Positions 25,048 through 37,640 of a DNA stretch of 60,677 bases are shown here, in pieces (position 1 is the first letter of the stretch; each line of letters opens with the position of its first letter). The translations under genes were made by a program, and so were the position numbers. Below the pieces are notes generated by a model that was not told the DNA's origin, searched no databases, and saw only the letters and a list, made by a program, of their open reading frames with translations. The stretch lies in NCBI RefSeq assembly GCF_004010195.1, contig NC_057718.1:15970555-16031231 (forward strand). The letters run 5' to 3'. The stretch is from Chiloscyllium plagiosum (Eukaryota).

Positions 25048-26629
25048 GTCAGCTCAGGCAAACTACTCCAACATTGAAAGGTAAACTTTTGTTCTGGTTG
25101 CAGAATATAATTGTTTCCCACATTCTTATTTGCAAGCATTGTTTGTTCCAAACAGAAACCATGAGCAATGATCTGTCAATAACCTCTCATAACTGCACCT
25201 GGTTTAAGGATAATCCAAATGGTAAACTGAGGAAACAGAAGTTACTGAAAGGTATTCTGAAATTATCAGTTCTTGTGTCTCCAGGAAAAGATGAATGAAC
25301 CAACATCCATGTTTGGCATTAAGCTTGGAAATATGTTCGGTTCCTGAGAACTTGGGATTCAGCTCTTCTAGGGAAGGAGTCTTGTATGGGTGTCCCTTGA
25401 GTGTGATACTTAGTTACCTCGGATTTAGTCACCCATTATAGTGCCAAAATGCAGTGTATGAAGCGCACTAACCAGTATGATGCTTGACTGTTGGATGATT
25501 GTGTTTTGGACCACGGAATCCAATTCTAATTTCAGCTTTTCTTGAATGTCAGCTACTTGTTGATTATTTTCTTTAAATAACTGAAGTTCTAACAGAATAT
25601 CAGTGGAGTTCCAATCCATGCTCAGATGTTGTCTTTCCATCTATACAATGCTCTTTAAAAAGTCAGTCTTCTTCTGTTTTATTTTTTTTGTTGCCTTCTC
25701 CTTTTCTGTTGCTACCTGAAAAGTAGTAGGCTTGAGCCTGTAGATGGTATTTGTATCAAAAAATTAGTAGTGATGTCACATCTGCTTTTTTTGTTGTTTT
25801 TATACCATTTCCAAAAAAAGCAAGATGGTGATTAAGGTCATAGCAACACATAAAACTTTTTCTCTAATTTATTCTAAGACCATTTTTTCTAAACTGGACC
25901 TATTTTTCAGTGATTATAAAACTGTCATTTTTATAAATCTGAGCAACTGTGTGTGACCTTTTTGAAAAAAAAATGTACTCCACAAATGTTTCTTCTATTA
26001 AAGTTACTGTCTTTCAATACAGATCATAACACATTATTCCAGGTTGTAGTTTGAAGCTCAGGTATATGATGAATGACTGTTAGGAAAAAAACTCATTACA
26101 ACTGCCACCTTTTAGTGCCTTTGGTTGCCACTAACTAGCTGTACCCATTAGCTTTCAGTGCCACTTGCTAACATCATGACATGGTTTCTTGTGTCAAACA
26201 GGTAGTATGACATAAAGCGTGCTGCCCCAACATATTATTTCATATACTACAAAGTTCTTGTTAGGAAATATGTTGAGGTTTATTAACAACACAAACTGTT
26301 GACAATATTCTTTCATTTCAGACCAACAAATAGTATGGACGGAATTGGACAGGGTCAGGGTTTGGGGATCGGACAGGGGGCGGGGTTAGGGGTCGGACTG
26401 GGGCAGTGAACAGGGAGCAGATTTAGCGAGTGCTCGCTTTGTCAATCCCATTGAACTGATTTGGGGGCAGGGGGCTTGAGCAATGCTGCAGGTCCCTTAC
26501 ACACAAGTGTGTGTCCGCTCAGAAACAAACCCTGAGACAGAGAGAGGGAGAACGACAGGCAGAGGGAGAATGACAGGCAGAGTGAGGCAAAATGTAACTT
26601 CAGAAAACTCAGAGCCCCAAAGGAAGCAT

Positions 26630-26710
26630 TGAATCAATTAACCGAATAATTAATTATCCGAACGAAATTGTGCCTGCCCATCTTGTTTGGATAATCGAGG
26701 TTCCTCTGTA
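26630..26710. mobile_element. Tigger/pogo-like DNA transposon end
   Basis: TTGGATAATCGAGGTTCCTCTG followed by TA resembles a Tigger TIR; an internal partial inverted copy TTATCCGAA is present; the other end was not found. Confidence 0.5.
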
Positions 26711-26729
26711 GAGACTGACCGAAGGAGAG

Positions 26730-27215
26730 GTGAATACTTTTATACTGGAATTTCACATATTGCAATTGATTCCTGGGATGGCAGGACTGATGTATGAAGA
26801 GAGATTCAATCAGTTAGAATTATATTCATTGAGTTTAGAAGAATGAAGGGGGTGATCGCATAGAAACCTATTAGATTCTTACAGGACAGGATAAACATAG
26901 GAAGGATATTCCTGATGACTACGGAGTCCAAAACCAGGGGTTCACAGTCTAAAGATATGGGCCAGGTATCTACTACTGAGATGAGGAGAAATTTCTTCAC
27001 CTAGAGGGTGGTGAGTCTGCAGAATTCTCTGTCACAGAAATTGGATGAGGCCAAAATATTGAATGTTTTCCAGAAGCAGTTAGATATTGCTTTAAGGGCT
27101 CAAGGGATATGGGGATAAAGCAAGAACACGGTACTGTGTAGGATGATCAGCCAAGATCAAATTGAGGGCGGACCAGTCTCGAAGGCCCAAATGGTCTACA
27201 CTTACTCCAATTTTA
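26730..27215 (+). mobile_element. CR1 LINE 3' fragment (degenerate)
   Basis: ATTCCTGGGATGGCAGGACTG, GAGATGAGGAGAAATTTCTTCAC and a CR1-type 3' UTR. Confidence 0.85.
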
Positions 27216-29850
27216 TACATGCTGCGATGTCATGCAACTGTCTTAAAGGTACATTTCCTGTCTGATCTGGAGTCTTTGCTATACCGCAGCCTGGTTCTTG
27301 GAAATGAGGTGGGCCAAGTAGATTAAGTGTCAATAGGAGAACATTTAGGGGTCAGTGATCATTGTATCACAAAATTTATGCTGACATAGAAAAGGACAAA
27401 ACACAGGCTAGAGTTAAAAAAGCTAGCAGAAATCCAGCTTCAGTGCAATAAGAACAGATACAGGCTAAATAAATTGGAGTCAAAAGTTGGCAGAAAAAAA
27501 TGGTCTCTGAATAATTCAAAGAATTGGACTCATTTAAGGCATATTTCCTAGAAAGGGAAAGGTAAGGCAAATGAATCCAGTGTTTCTCGGATAATGAAGG
27601 AGCTAGAAATCAAGATAAAGAACAAAGTATGTGCTTACGACAACTGTCAGGGAGAATATACAATTGAAAACCAAGCTAAATATGGAATATTCAAAAGGAA
27701 AGGTGAAGAAGCAAAAGAAGCAAAGAGGAAATCTGAAAAAAGACCAGCAGCCAACATAAGAGGGAATCCTTCAAAACATAAGTGCTAAAAGGGTGATAGA
27801 AGGACGAGTAGGGATAATTAGTAACCAAAGAGGGGATTTTTGTATGGACACACAAGTTAAAGCTGAGATATTGGCTGAGATATTCTGAAAGCCAGAGAAT
27901 CGTCGAAGCAATGCATATTGGAGTGTCAAGACCATGTGGAATCCTGAATGCAGCAGACTGTATGGGAATCATTTGGGATACTGAATAGTCCAAAGGGCAA
28001 TTTCTGTATGTGTGGGACCTTCTAAAAGAATCCATAAAATAAACCATTTGGAGGGTTCTGTTTCCATTAATAGTTGCACATTGAAAGTTAGATTTAATTT
28101 ATGGGTAACAATTAAACTGACCCCTAAGCTTACCACACTACCCCTTCAACTACACTTTCCCTTACACTCTTACAGCCCTGAACCCGTGATAACCACATCA
28201 CTCCCTGGATCAGCACCTTTCAGCTGATTTCAACATCCCCAGCCCCACTTCCACTGGCCTCAACATGACTCCCCCTGCTGGCCTGACACCCCTGCCCTAA
28301 TATTCCTCAGACCTATACTAAACCCTCTTTACTTGGCATGCTAACCACTTGGCTTCAAATCCCTTAACCAACTGCCATCCTAACCCCACACTGACCTCTC
28401 ATACTCCCCCAGCAGCTATCAAAACTGTCTGTGCTAGATATTTAATTCCTAGAATGCAGCATGCTGACTGCTACAAAAGGAGGCATAATTTGACTTCCTC
28501 TGACAATCCTGCCGTAGAGGAGAGCTGTGTTTATTTCAAGAGTGTTTTGAATTTCTGAAGGAGCCAGATTTGGAAAAAAATAAAAGCATGGTGGCAATCT
28601 GACTGTGCTTGCCACTCCTCAGAATATCCAGGCTGTTAAATTAATGACTGTAGCTATTTTTGCCAAAGATGATGCTACTCAGGCCATAGTAAAAGAGGAA
28701 GTAATTCAAACACTATTGGGATTTAAAATTGAAAAGGGGCATTGGCAAGTTTATCTGTCCCTAAAGTTGATAAGGCACTGGAATCTAATGAGGTGCATTC
28801 AAGAATACTGAAAGTGCAAAATGGAGAGCACTGACCATAATTTTTCACTAACTGTTAGACTCAGAGTGGTGCCATGAACCGAAGAATTGCAAATATTGAA
28901 CACTTTGTTCATGCAAGGCAGCAAAAGTAAGCCCAGCAACTACAAACCAATTTAACCTTGGTAGTGGGATAACTCTGCAAACAATGATGTGGTACACAAC
29001 TGATAGTCACATAAACCAATGCAGTTTAAGTAGGGAAAACCAGCATAGTCTTCTTAAATAAAAATCACCATCGCCCACTCGTTCCCATAGTTGGTCTTCC
29101 TCCTCCACCTGCACCTATCCATTCCTGTCACTAGATCTAACACTCCCCTACCCTGAGCTCTCATTCACTCATCTAGCACCCTGCTTCCCCTCACTTAACT
29201 GCTACCTATTCCCCACTCTTCACCCTTACTTATCTTAGTCCTTTTACAGGACCTGTTGAAGTAGCTTGGGGTGGCCTCAACATTTAAGTCACAGAACATG
29301 GCATATTTATAACTGCATAAAGGGGAACATGGTTTCCACTCCAATACTCCTCATTGCTGGATTCATAGATTATTGGATGGGTTTGCAACAAGAGGACCTT
29401 GCTCCAAGAATCTCCAGTGTAGAAAACATCTAAAAGGTAACTGGGAAAATTTTTAATTGATCAAGGTCTGACTTTCTGGCCCTGATTGGAATCCTTGGCC
29501 ATTCAATAATAGTTAATGAATGTTTTTCAGCTGGAGGAAGGTTTGTAAAAGAGTTCCCTTGGACTTGGTTTTGGGAATCTTATTTTTCATGATATATCTT
29601 AAATAACCTAGACCTTGGTGTATAGGGCAGTTTCAAAGTTCGCATATGATACAAAACTTAAAAGCATCGTGAACTGAGAGAATAGTACAGAACTTCAAAA
29701 GACATGGAAAATCTGTTGGAATAGCTGAACAGATGGCAGTGAATGCCAACACAGAAAAATGTGAAGTTATTCATTTGGTAGGATGAAATTATACAGACAG
29801 TATAAGATAAGGGGGATAACTCTAAAGGGAATACAGGAACAGAGATGCTG

Positions 29851-29868
29851 TATATATATATATATATA
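29851..29868. repeat. (TA)n microsatellite
   Basis: Run of TA dinucleotides at an insertion junction. Confidence 0.9.
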
Positions 29869-32524
29869 TGTTGCCATTATGAGGTGAGGTGTGATCAGCC
29901 CTCCTTTGTTTTCAAGCCCCTGGTTGCGATAAATACTTATTTTTCTTTTTAGCACATAGTTATCACAATTCAATTTTACCTAAACATATCAAAAATGAAG
30001 GAGAGCCAATTCCAATACTTTCTTGAGTGAGAAAGGAGTTTTATTATTGTTAAATCTGAGGAAAACAAGAAAATGTGATATTTAACAAATGCAAATACAG
30101 GCAATAAGCTTAAAATGTGGTGTGTTGTGTATACCTACATGACAAGAAGGTACATGCAAGTGTAGTTAAATGCTTTTAGAGTCCTTTGGTTGTGAGGGTC
30201 CTAATGGTTTAGCTATTGTCCTGTTTTCTCAGGAGTGGCCTAAAGGGACAACTAAGAAGAGCTAGGAGGAGACAAAAGAAGTCGTCGGCAGATAAGATCA
30301 AGGAAAACCCTGAAGTTTTCTATAGGTATGGCAGGAATAAAAGAATGACTAGAGTAAGGTTAGGGCCAATCAAGGACAGTAGTGGGAAGTTGTGTGTGGA
30401 ATCCAAGGAGATAGGAGAAGCGCTAAATGAATATTTTTTTGTTGGTATTCACACTGGAGAAAGACAACGTTGTTGGGGAGAATACTGAGATACAGGCTAC
30501 TAGACTAGATAGAATTTAGGTCCCCAAGGAGGAAGTGTTAGCAATTCTGGAAAGTGTGAAAATAGATAAGTCCTCTGGGCTAGATGGAATTTATCCTAGG
30601 ATTCTCTGGGAAGCCAGGGAGGAGATTGCAGAGCCTTTGGCTTTTATCTTTATGTCATCATTGTCTACAGGAATAGTGCCAGAAGACTGGAGGATAGTAA
30701 ATGTTGTTCCCTTGTTCAAGAAGGGGCGTGGAGACAACCCTGGTGATTATAGACCAGTGAGCCTTAATTCAGTTGTGGTTAAAGTATTGGAAAAGATTGT
30801 AAAAGATAGGATTTATAAATATCTAGAAAGGAATAATTTGATTAGAGATAGTCAACATGGTTTGCAGGTCATGGCTCACAAACCTTATTGAGTTCTTTGA
30901 GAAGGCGACCAAACAGATGGATGAAGGTAAAGTGGTTGATGTGGTGTATATTGATTTCAGTAAGGCTTTTGACAAGATTCCCCATTGCACAAAACATGAA
31001 GGCGTGGGATTGAGGGTGATTTAGTGGTTTGGCTCAGAAATTGGCTAGCTGAAAGAAGACAGAGAGTGGTGGTTGATGGAGATGTTCATCCTGGAGATCA
31101 GTTACTAGTGGTGTACAACAGGGATCCATTTTGGGTCCACTGCTGTTTGTCATTTTTATAAATGACCTGGATGAGGGTGTAGAAGAATACGTTAGTAAAT
31201 TTGTGGATGACACTAAGGGTGTTGGAGTTGTGGACAGTGCCGAAGAATGTTGCAGGTTACAGAGGGACATAGATAAGTTGCAGAGCTGGGCTGCAAAGTG
31301 GCAAATGGAGTTTAATGTGCAAAACTGTGAACTGATTCACTTTGGAAGGAGCAACTGGAATAAAGAGTACTGGGCTAATAGTAAGATTCTTGGTGGTTAG
31401 ATGAGCAGAGAGATCTCAGTGTCCATGAACATAGATCCCTAAAAGTTGCCACCCAGCTTGAGAGGGTTATTGAGAAGGCATACAGTGTGTTAGATTTTAT
31501 TGGTAGAGGGATTGAGTTTTGGAGCCACGAGGTCATGTTGCAGCTGTATAAAACTCTGATGCGGTTGTACTTAGAGTATTGCATACAGTTCTGGTCACCA
31601 CATTATAGGAAGGATGTGGAAGCTTTGGAAAGGATTCAGAGGCAATTTACTAGAATGTTGCCTGGTATGAAGGGAAGGTCTTATGAGGAAAGGCTGAGGG
31701 ATTGAGGCTGTTTCCATTAGAGAAAAGAAGGTTGAAGTGACTTAATTGAGACATATAGGATGATCAGAGGGTTAGATAGGGTGGACAATGAGAGCCTTTT
31801 TCCTTGGATGGTGATGGCTAGCACGAGGGGACATAGCTTTAAATTGAGGGGTGATAGATATAGGACAGATGTCAGAGGTAGTTTATTTAATCAGAGAGTA
31901 CTAGGGCCGTGGAACGCCCTGCCTGCAGCTGCAGTAGACTCGCCATTTAAATGGTCATTGGATAAACATATGGATGAAATGGAATAGTGTAGGATAGATA
32001 GGCTTCAGATTGGTTCCACAGGTTGGCGCATTACTGCGATGTTATGTTCTATGTTAAAACTGGCAGATAACCTTGATTTATTAATCAACAGTTGTTTTTC
32101 TGAATGGGCACTGACTTTTGAGTTTAAGAGAAAGAGAAAGGCAGCTAAAGTGTCTTTCAGTTCTTGCCTACAAGCCAGTTATTTCTGGTCTCTCCTCCAC
32201 AGCTCAGACATAGCTGTTGATAAAGGTTCATTTGTACATTACTGATGTGCTTGTTGTTTTCCAAACTGAATACTCTGCAGACATTTTTTCATCACAATAT
32301 ATAGCTCCAGAAAGATGTGACTCAACTGGAAGATACAAATCTAAGTTTCGGTGCTCTTTTATAATGTTGTTAATTTTGGCTCAGTGTAGTCAGGTGATGG
32401 CAGCAGCCATTTTTGATCAGCATTTGTCCTTTCTTAAACCATTTTTCATCCATTAAGATCTCAGGTATTAAAGTCAAATGACAGAAGTTGAATATTGATA
32501 GTCCATTTCACTATGATTGCAACA
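29869..32524. mobile_element. Probable solo LTR split by a younger CR1
   Basis: Inverted termini TGTTGC...GCAACA; the flanking old CR1 is continuous across it. Confidence 0.55.
30232..32053 (+). mobile_element. CR1 LINE, 5'-truncated (similar to 6590-8570)
   Basis: IKENP..FYRY, GIYPRIL, YRPVSL, FVDDTK, QFWSPHYRKD; TTATGTTCTATGTT tail. Confidence 0.93.
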
Positions 32525-32974
32525 ATGCAGGTAAGTCATTGAAGAGGACAGGTTGACAGAGCTGTTAATAAAGTTTACAGCATTCTGGCTTTTCTTACCA
32601 GCACCAAATAGTACAAAAGAAAGGAGGATATGTTGAATGTAAGAAGGTCATTAGCTCAATGTCCGCTAGAGCATTGAGTCCATTTCTTGACACTGCACTT
32701 GAGGCAGAATGTTAAGTCATTAGATAGTATTGAAAAAAATCACAAAGATAGTTCCAGGCATGGGAAACTTCAATTATGAAGATAGATTAGAGAAATTAGA
32801 ACTAATATTCTAAGAGATAAAGAGGCTGACAGACGATTTGACACAGCTATTCAAAATCATGTGGGGCCTGGACTGAGTGGATAGGGAGAAATTATTCCCA
32901 CTCGGCTGTTGAATTAAACAGAATGATCATTCTAAGTAATTTTACAAGAAAAATAGTTTATAAATAGTCTATGT

Positions 32975-33350
32975 CATAGAATCATGGAACACAGCAACTA
33001 ACATTTCAGTTCAACTAGTCCAAGCCAATCATAATCCCAAACTAATCCCATCTGCCCAAGCTTGGTCCATATCCTTCCAAACATTTCTTATTCATGCATT
33101 TATCCAAATGCTTTTTAAAGATTGTAACTAGACCTGCATCCACCATTTCCTCTGGAAGTTCACTTTGCACAAAAACCACTGTGTAAAAACATTGGCCCTC
33201 ATGTCTTTTTAAAATCTTTCTCCCCTCATCTTAAAAATATGGCCCTATCTTAAAATCCCCCACCCTAGGGAAAAAAACCCACCTTTGTCCATACCAGTCA
33301 TGATTTTATAAACCTCTATAAGGTTACCCCTCAACCTCCTGTGCTGCAGT
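32975..33350 (-). mobile_element. CR1 LINE 3' fragment
   Basis: Similar to 4130-4645. Confidence 0.82.
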
Positions 33351-33584
33351 GAGTATGTGTATCTTTTGCATCCATGTGTTTAATGGATATGAAGTAACAT
33401 ATGAGGACTCTCTTTCCCAGAGAATCTGGAATATGTTGTCAAAGTTTACTGCTGCAAAACAATCTTCTAACTTTATCAACCTGAAATGTCGCTTTCTCCA
33501 CTGGTGATGCTAGACCTGCCGATTCTATACAGCAGCTTCTGTTCTTAAGATTCTTTCAGATTTCTAGCACATGCAGAAGTTTGT

Positions 33585-33897
33585 TTGGCATGGTGCTTAG
33601 AAAGACTACCTCACGACGCCAAAGATCGGGGTTTGTTTCCAAACTTGGGCAACTGTCTGTGTAGTTGCATGTTCTCCTTGTGTCTATGTGGGTTTCCTCT
33701 GGGTACTCCAGTTCCCTCCCACAATCCAAAGATATGAAGATTGTGGAGTGGCCATGCTAAATTGCCCTGTAGTATTGGGAAATGCGAAGTTACTAGGCTG
33801 GGATGGGATCTGGGTGGGATGCTTTTGGGAGGGGTGGGGTGAGCTCAATGGGCTGAATGGCCTGCTTTCTCAATGTAGGGATTCAATGATTCTATTG
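33585..33897 (+). mobile_element. Degenerate HE1 SINE
   Basis: V-domain GGGTTTCCTCTGGGTACTCCAGTTCCCTCCCACAATCCAAAGAT and GCCATGCTAAATTGCCC. Confidence 0.8.
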
Positions 33898-33904
33898 TAG
33901 TTAC

Positions 33905-34535
33905 ATAGAATGTAGAACGTGACAGCACAGTACAGGCCCTTCGGCCTTCGATGTTGGGCTGACCTGTGAAATTAATGCGATGCCCATCTAACCTACACCG
34001 TTCCATTATTATCCGTATGTATGTCCAATGCCCATTTAAATGCACTTAATATTGGCGAGTCTACTACTGTGTAGGCAAGGCCGTTCCACTCCCTACTACT
34101 CTCGGACTAAAGAAACTGCCCTTGATATCTGTCCTAAGTCTATATCCCCTTGTGTTAGCCTTCACCATCTGAGGAAAAATGGTCTCACTGTCTGACCTAT
34201 CTAACCCTTGGATTATCTTATACATCTCGATTAAGTCACCTCTCCAATGAAAATCGTCTCAGTTCCCTCAACCTTTCCTCGTAAGACGTTCCTTCCATAT
34301 CAGGCAACATCCTAGTAAATCTCCTCTGAACTCTTTTCAAAACTTCCACAGGCCTCCGAAAATGCGGTGACCAGAACCGTACACAACACTCCAGGTGCGG
34401 CCTTACCAGTATCTTGTACAGCTGAAGCATGACCTCGTGGCTCCGAACTTTAATGCCAACACACCATATGCTTTCTTAACGACCCTGGGTGACAACTTTC
34501 AGGGATTTATGCACCTCTGTCAAGAATTTTACCAT
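33905..34535 (-). mobile_element. CR1 LINE 3' fragment
   Basis: LQLYKILVRPHLECCVRFWSPH...VQRRFTRMLP. Confidence 0.9.
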
Positions 34536-34539
34536 TAGG

Positions 34540-35645
34540 TGGCTGAGAGTGCAATAGGTAGATGGAGGTGGAGATAATGGTGATAAGTTGGAGAGGAGTA
34601 TGGAGCGGATAAGTGGGAAGGAAGATGGACAGGTAGGACAGGTCATGAGGATGGTGTCTAGTTAGAAGGTTGTAACTGGGATAAGGTAGGGGGAGGGGAA
34701 TAGTCCATCTTCCACAGTTACATCGGCACCATTCCCCACCTTTTCCTCCATTATATTGATGACTGTATCGGTGCCACCTCGTGCTCCCATGAGGAGGTTG
34801 AACAGTTCATCAACTTCACCAACACATTCCACCCCAACCTTAAGTTCACCTGGACTATCTCAGACACCTCCCTCCCCTTCCTGGACCTCTCCATCCCCAT
34901 CAACAATGACCAACTCAAAACTGATATCTTCTACAAACCACCGACTCCCACAGCTACTTGGACTACACCTCCTCCTACCCTGCCTCCTGTAAAAATGCTA
35001 TCCCTTATTCCCAATTCCTTTGCCTCTGCCACATCTGCTCCAGGAGGACCAGTTCCACCACAGACACACCAGATGGCCTCCTTCTTTAAAGACTGCAATT
35101 TCCCCTCCCACGTGGTTGACGATGCCCTCCAGCGCATCTTCATGCGCCTCCACACTCAAACCCCACCCCTCCAACCGCAAAAGGTCAGACCCCTCCTGGT
35201 CCTCACCTTCGACCCCACCAACCTCCAGATACATTGCATCATAATCCACCATTTTTGGACCTCACCAGAGATCCAAATGGACCTCACCAGAGATCTATTT
35301 CCCTCTCCACTCCTAACTGCTTTCCATAAAGACCATTCCCTCCGCGACTCAACGTGGTCTCCTCTACATTGGGGAGATAGGATACCTACTCGTAGAGTGC
35401 TTCAGAGCACACCTCCGTGACACCCGCACTAACCAACCCACCGTCCCGTGGCTGACTACTTCAACTTCCCCCCTGCTCCCCCAACTGCGTCAAGGGCGTG
35501 CAGGTCCTAGGCCTACTCCATCACCATTCTCTAACCACCTGATGCCTGGAGGAAGAAAGTCTCATCTTCTGCCTCAGGATCCTCTAACACCATGGCATCA
35601 ATGTGGATTTCACCAGTCTCCTCATTTCCCCTTCCCCCACCTTAT
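34540..35645 (+). mobile_element. Penelope-like element relic (RT C-terminus and GIY-YIG) with an inverted 5' pseudo-LTR piece
   Basis: YIDDCIGATSCSHEEVEQFINFTNTFHPNLKFTWTISDTSLPFLDL..TDIFYKP; GLLYIGE; LEEE.LIFCL..L..HGINVDF. Sequence at ~34680-34700 is the reverse complement of ~35626-35645. Confidence 0.9.
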
Positions 35646-36780
35646 TTGAAAATTAATTATTTGCTCCAACATTGAAGTGCTCTATATTGACAATCATAAG
35701 GATTCATCCAAAAATATTGTATATGTAGAGTTTTTGAAATAAATTCAAAATCTAATATCCCTACCAGACAATACATAATTCAAAATAGTTGACCACTTAT
35801 AAAGTGCAATCATTTATATTAAAAATTATGTTGGAAATCACAAATAACTGTCCCAACAATATTACTTGTCCATAGCTTTAGAAGAACTTCACCATTGCTT
35901 CAGCATATAGTTTACTTTTTCTTTAGACAAGCATAATAATCGGACAAGTGAGACTGCAATCGTATAGTATTTCACTCCTATTCCAGTCTCACTTCAGATT
36001 ATTAAAACTTAGCTGATTACAAAACAGAAAGCAAGAACTTTCATTTCATCCAGAACCAGCAAAGTTTTGGTAACAGATAGGGAGGGAGATGTGCTAATGA
36101 ATTACATTCCTACAGTGATAACATTATCAGTGATCTTTGAACAATTGTAAAACAACAATTATAAATTGACATTAACTGTAATGTATTTGATGATAAAAAG
36201 AAATCAGACATAAATTGCCTGTTTTCAACATGGTTGAAACAATTGTGAGCATCTTCTTGAAGTCATAGTTATTGCTACAGAATCAGTAAATTCATTGTAG
36301 TATAATTTCTTCATATTTGTGGATAAATATATCAACCACAAAGGGAAAACGCTAAAGAAGAATCTGTGCACAATATACAGTATTATTAATATAAACAAAA
36401 AATACAAGAGAAACTTAGTGTCTGCCAGTATCTGTAGAGAGTGAAACAGAGTTAGCATTTCAAGTCCCATTACTTTTCTTCAGAACACAGTACTATTAGT
36501 AGGGAAGTACACCAATGATTTCAGTTCACTTGAAATGTATTCACGCAACATAACAGGTGAAATGTTATATAAATGCACGTCTTTTTTCTTTGACAATACA
36601 CCTTTCAAAATAATAACCCCTTTTCAGTTACAATTTTAAGTTCTAAAGTGTAACTACTTAGATCAGAATTTGCATTGAAGACCTCCCTGAAGCCAGTCTC
36701 AAAGCTGGACCTGTAAGAACACATTGCTAAATGTAATAGCAAAGTAGCGCTGGCGCAGACTCGCTGATGATAATACCGCT

Positions 36781-36825
36781 TGATCAAATATATATGAATA
36801 AAGTATATTTTTGAAATTAAAAAAG
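36781..36825 (+). mobile_element. 45-bp 5'-truncated Tx1-like LINE tail with target-site duplication
   Basis: AAATATATATGAATAAAGTATATTTTTGAAAT+A-run matches the tail near 54895-54935; ATACCGCT is repeated at 36773-36780 and 36826-36833. Confidence 0.75.
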
Positions 36826-36919
36826 ATACCGCTACTATTATTATTTATTTCATTCAACTAACTATTTCGCTTAGAAGTTCTCACGCACTGACACCTCCAA
36901 CTTTCTGATTCCACTACTA

Positions 36920-37640
36920 CCGAGAAAAGAAGAACAGCCTGCGGTGTAGGGGACGGCGGAGGGTTAGAGGGGCGGGGAGAAGGCGGTTGGAGGAAGGGCG
37001 GGGCAATGTGGAGGTGGAGCCAACGGTGTGGAGAATGGATTGGAGGAAAGGGACGCGGCGGAAAGGGTCACGGACAAAGTTGGGGTCGGCTTGGTAGTGG
37101 GAGGACATGAGAAAGGGAGGGCGGCGCAGTAGATCTCGCGAGATTTCCTCCTGAGGACGCAGGGCGCGTGGAAAGGGAAGGGGGGGGAGGGGAAAGAGGT
37201 GGTGGTTTGGGGGCTGGTGAAGAAAAAAAACTCCAGTAACGGACAGAGCACGAGACGCGTCGCTGGTGACGTCAGGAGTTTTCCCCTCAAAGTCAACAAG
37301 AACAAGAAGGAACCGGAGTTTGAATTCTGTGGCAATTAAATATCTATCTACCTATCCATCTTTGAAAAATTATTGTTGTGATTTAAAAATATACAATCAT
37401 TAAAACACCGGCTGGGTGGGAGGGGAAACGAAGTCGAGCCGCGTTGCCCCCACCCCCACTCCCCATCACCTCACCCATACGCCCGAAGAACAGCCGTTGA
37501 GTGTGGGTCGGTCCGGCAGGAGAAGGGTGAAGCCGGCCGGCCGGCCCGCCACTGAGCGCAAAAGGTAAGGGGAGGATGGAGATGCTTGGTCTATATTGGA
37601 CTGGGTGGATTTTGGGAAAGGGGGGAGTCGGCCACTTCTA
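36920..37640 (+). promoter_or_regulatory. CpG-rich promoter region of AKT3
   Basis: Local GC/CpG enrichment in CpG-poor surroundings; GC boxes at 36969-36977 and 36996-37004; TCTCGCGAGA at 37134-37143; TGACGTCA at 37267-37274; 1.4-2 kb upstream of the first coding exon. Confidence 0.8.
37280..37564 (+). other. AKT3: Probable non-coding exon 1 of AKT3 (start uncertain)
   Basis: Strong donor AAG|GTAAGG at 37564/37565 at the 3' side of the CpG-rich region; vertebrate AKT3 has a non-coding first exon. Confidence 0.55.

Larger units (their letters stand above)
19402..27288 (-). mobile_element. Fragmented Gypsy LTR retrotransposon relic (LTR pieces, gag, RT/RNase H, integrase) with nested insertions
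   Basis: Diverged ~68-bp direct repeats at 19402-19469 and 27220-27288; purine tract next to the left repeat; integrase-like frames on - (19800-21100); gag-like MERQHLSMDWNSTDILLELQLFK on - (25425-25640); RT/RNase H motifs on + (21130-23181). Confidence 0.65.
27295..32905 (+). mobile_element. Old CR1 LINE broken into collinear pieces (~27295-27870, 28635-29070, 29500-29850, 32525-32905)
   Basis: Successive degenerate ORF2 segments in order: SDH region, linker, RT, C-terminus. Confidence 0.65.

Noticed and set aside
28070..29500. C-rich segments interrupting the old CR1, possibly non-autonomous DNA transposons (also ~10400-10850)
   Set aside because: Too degenerate to define TIRs or TSDs by eye.
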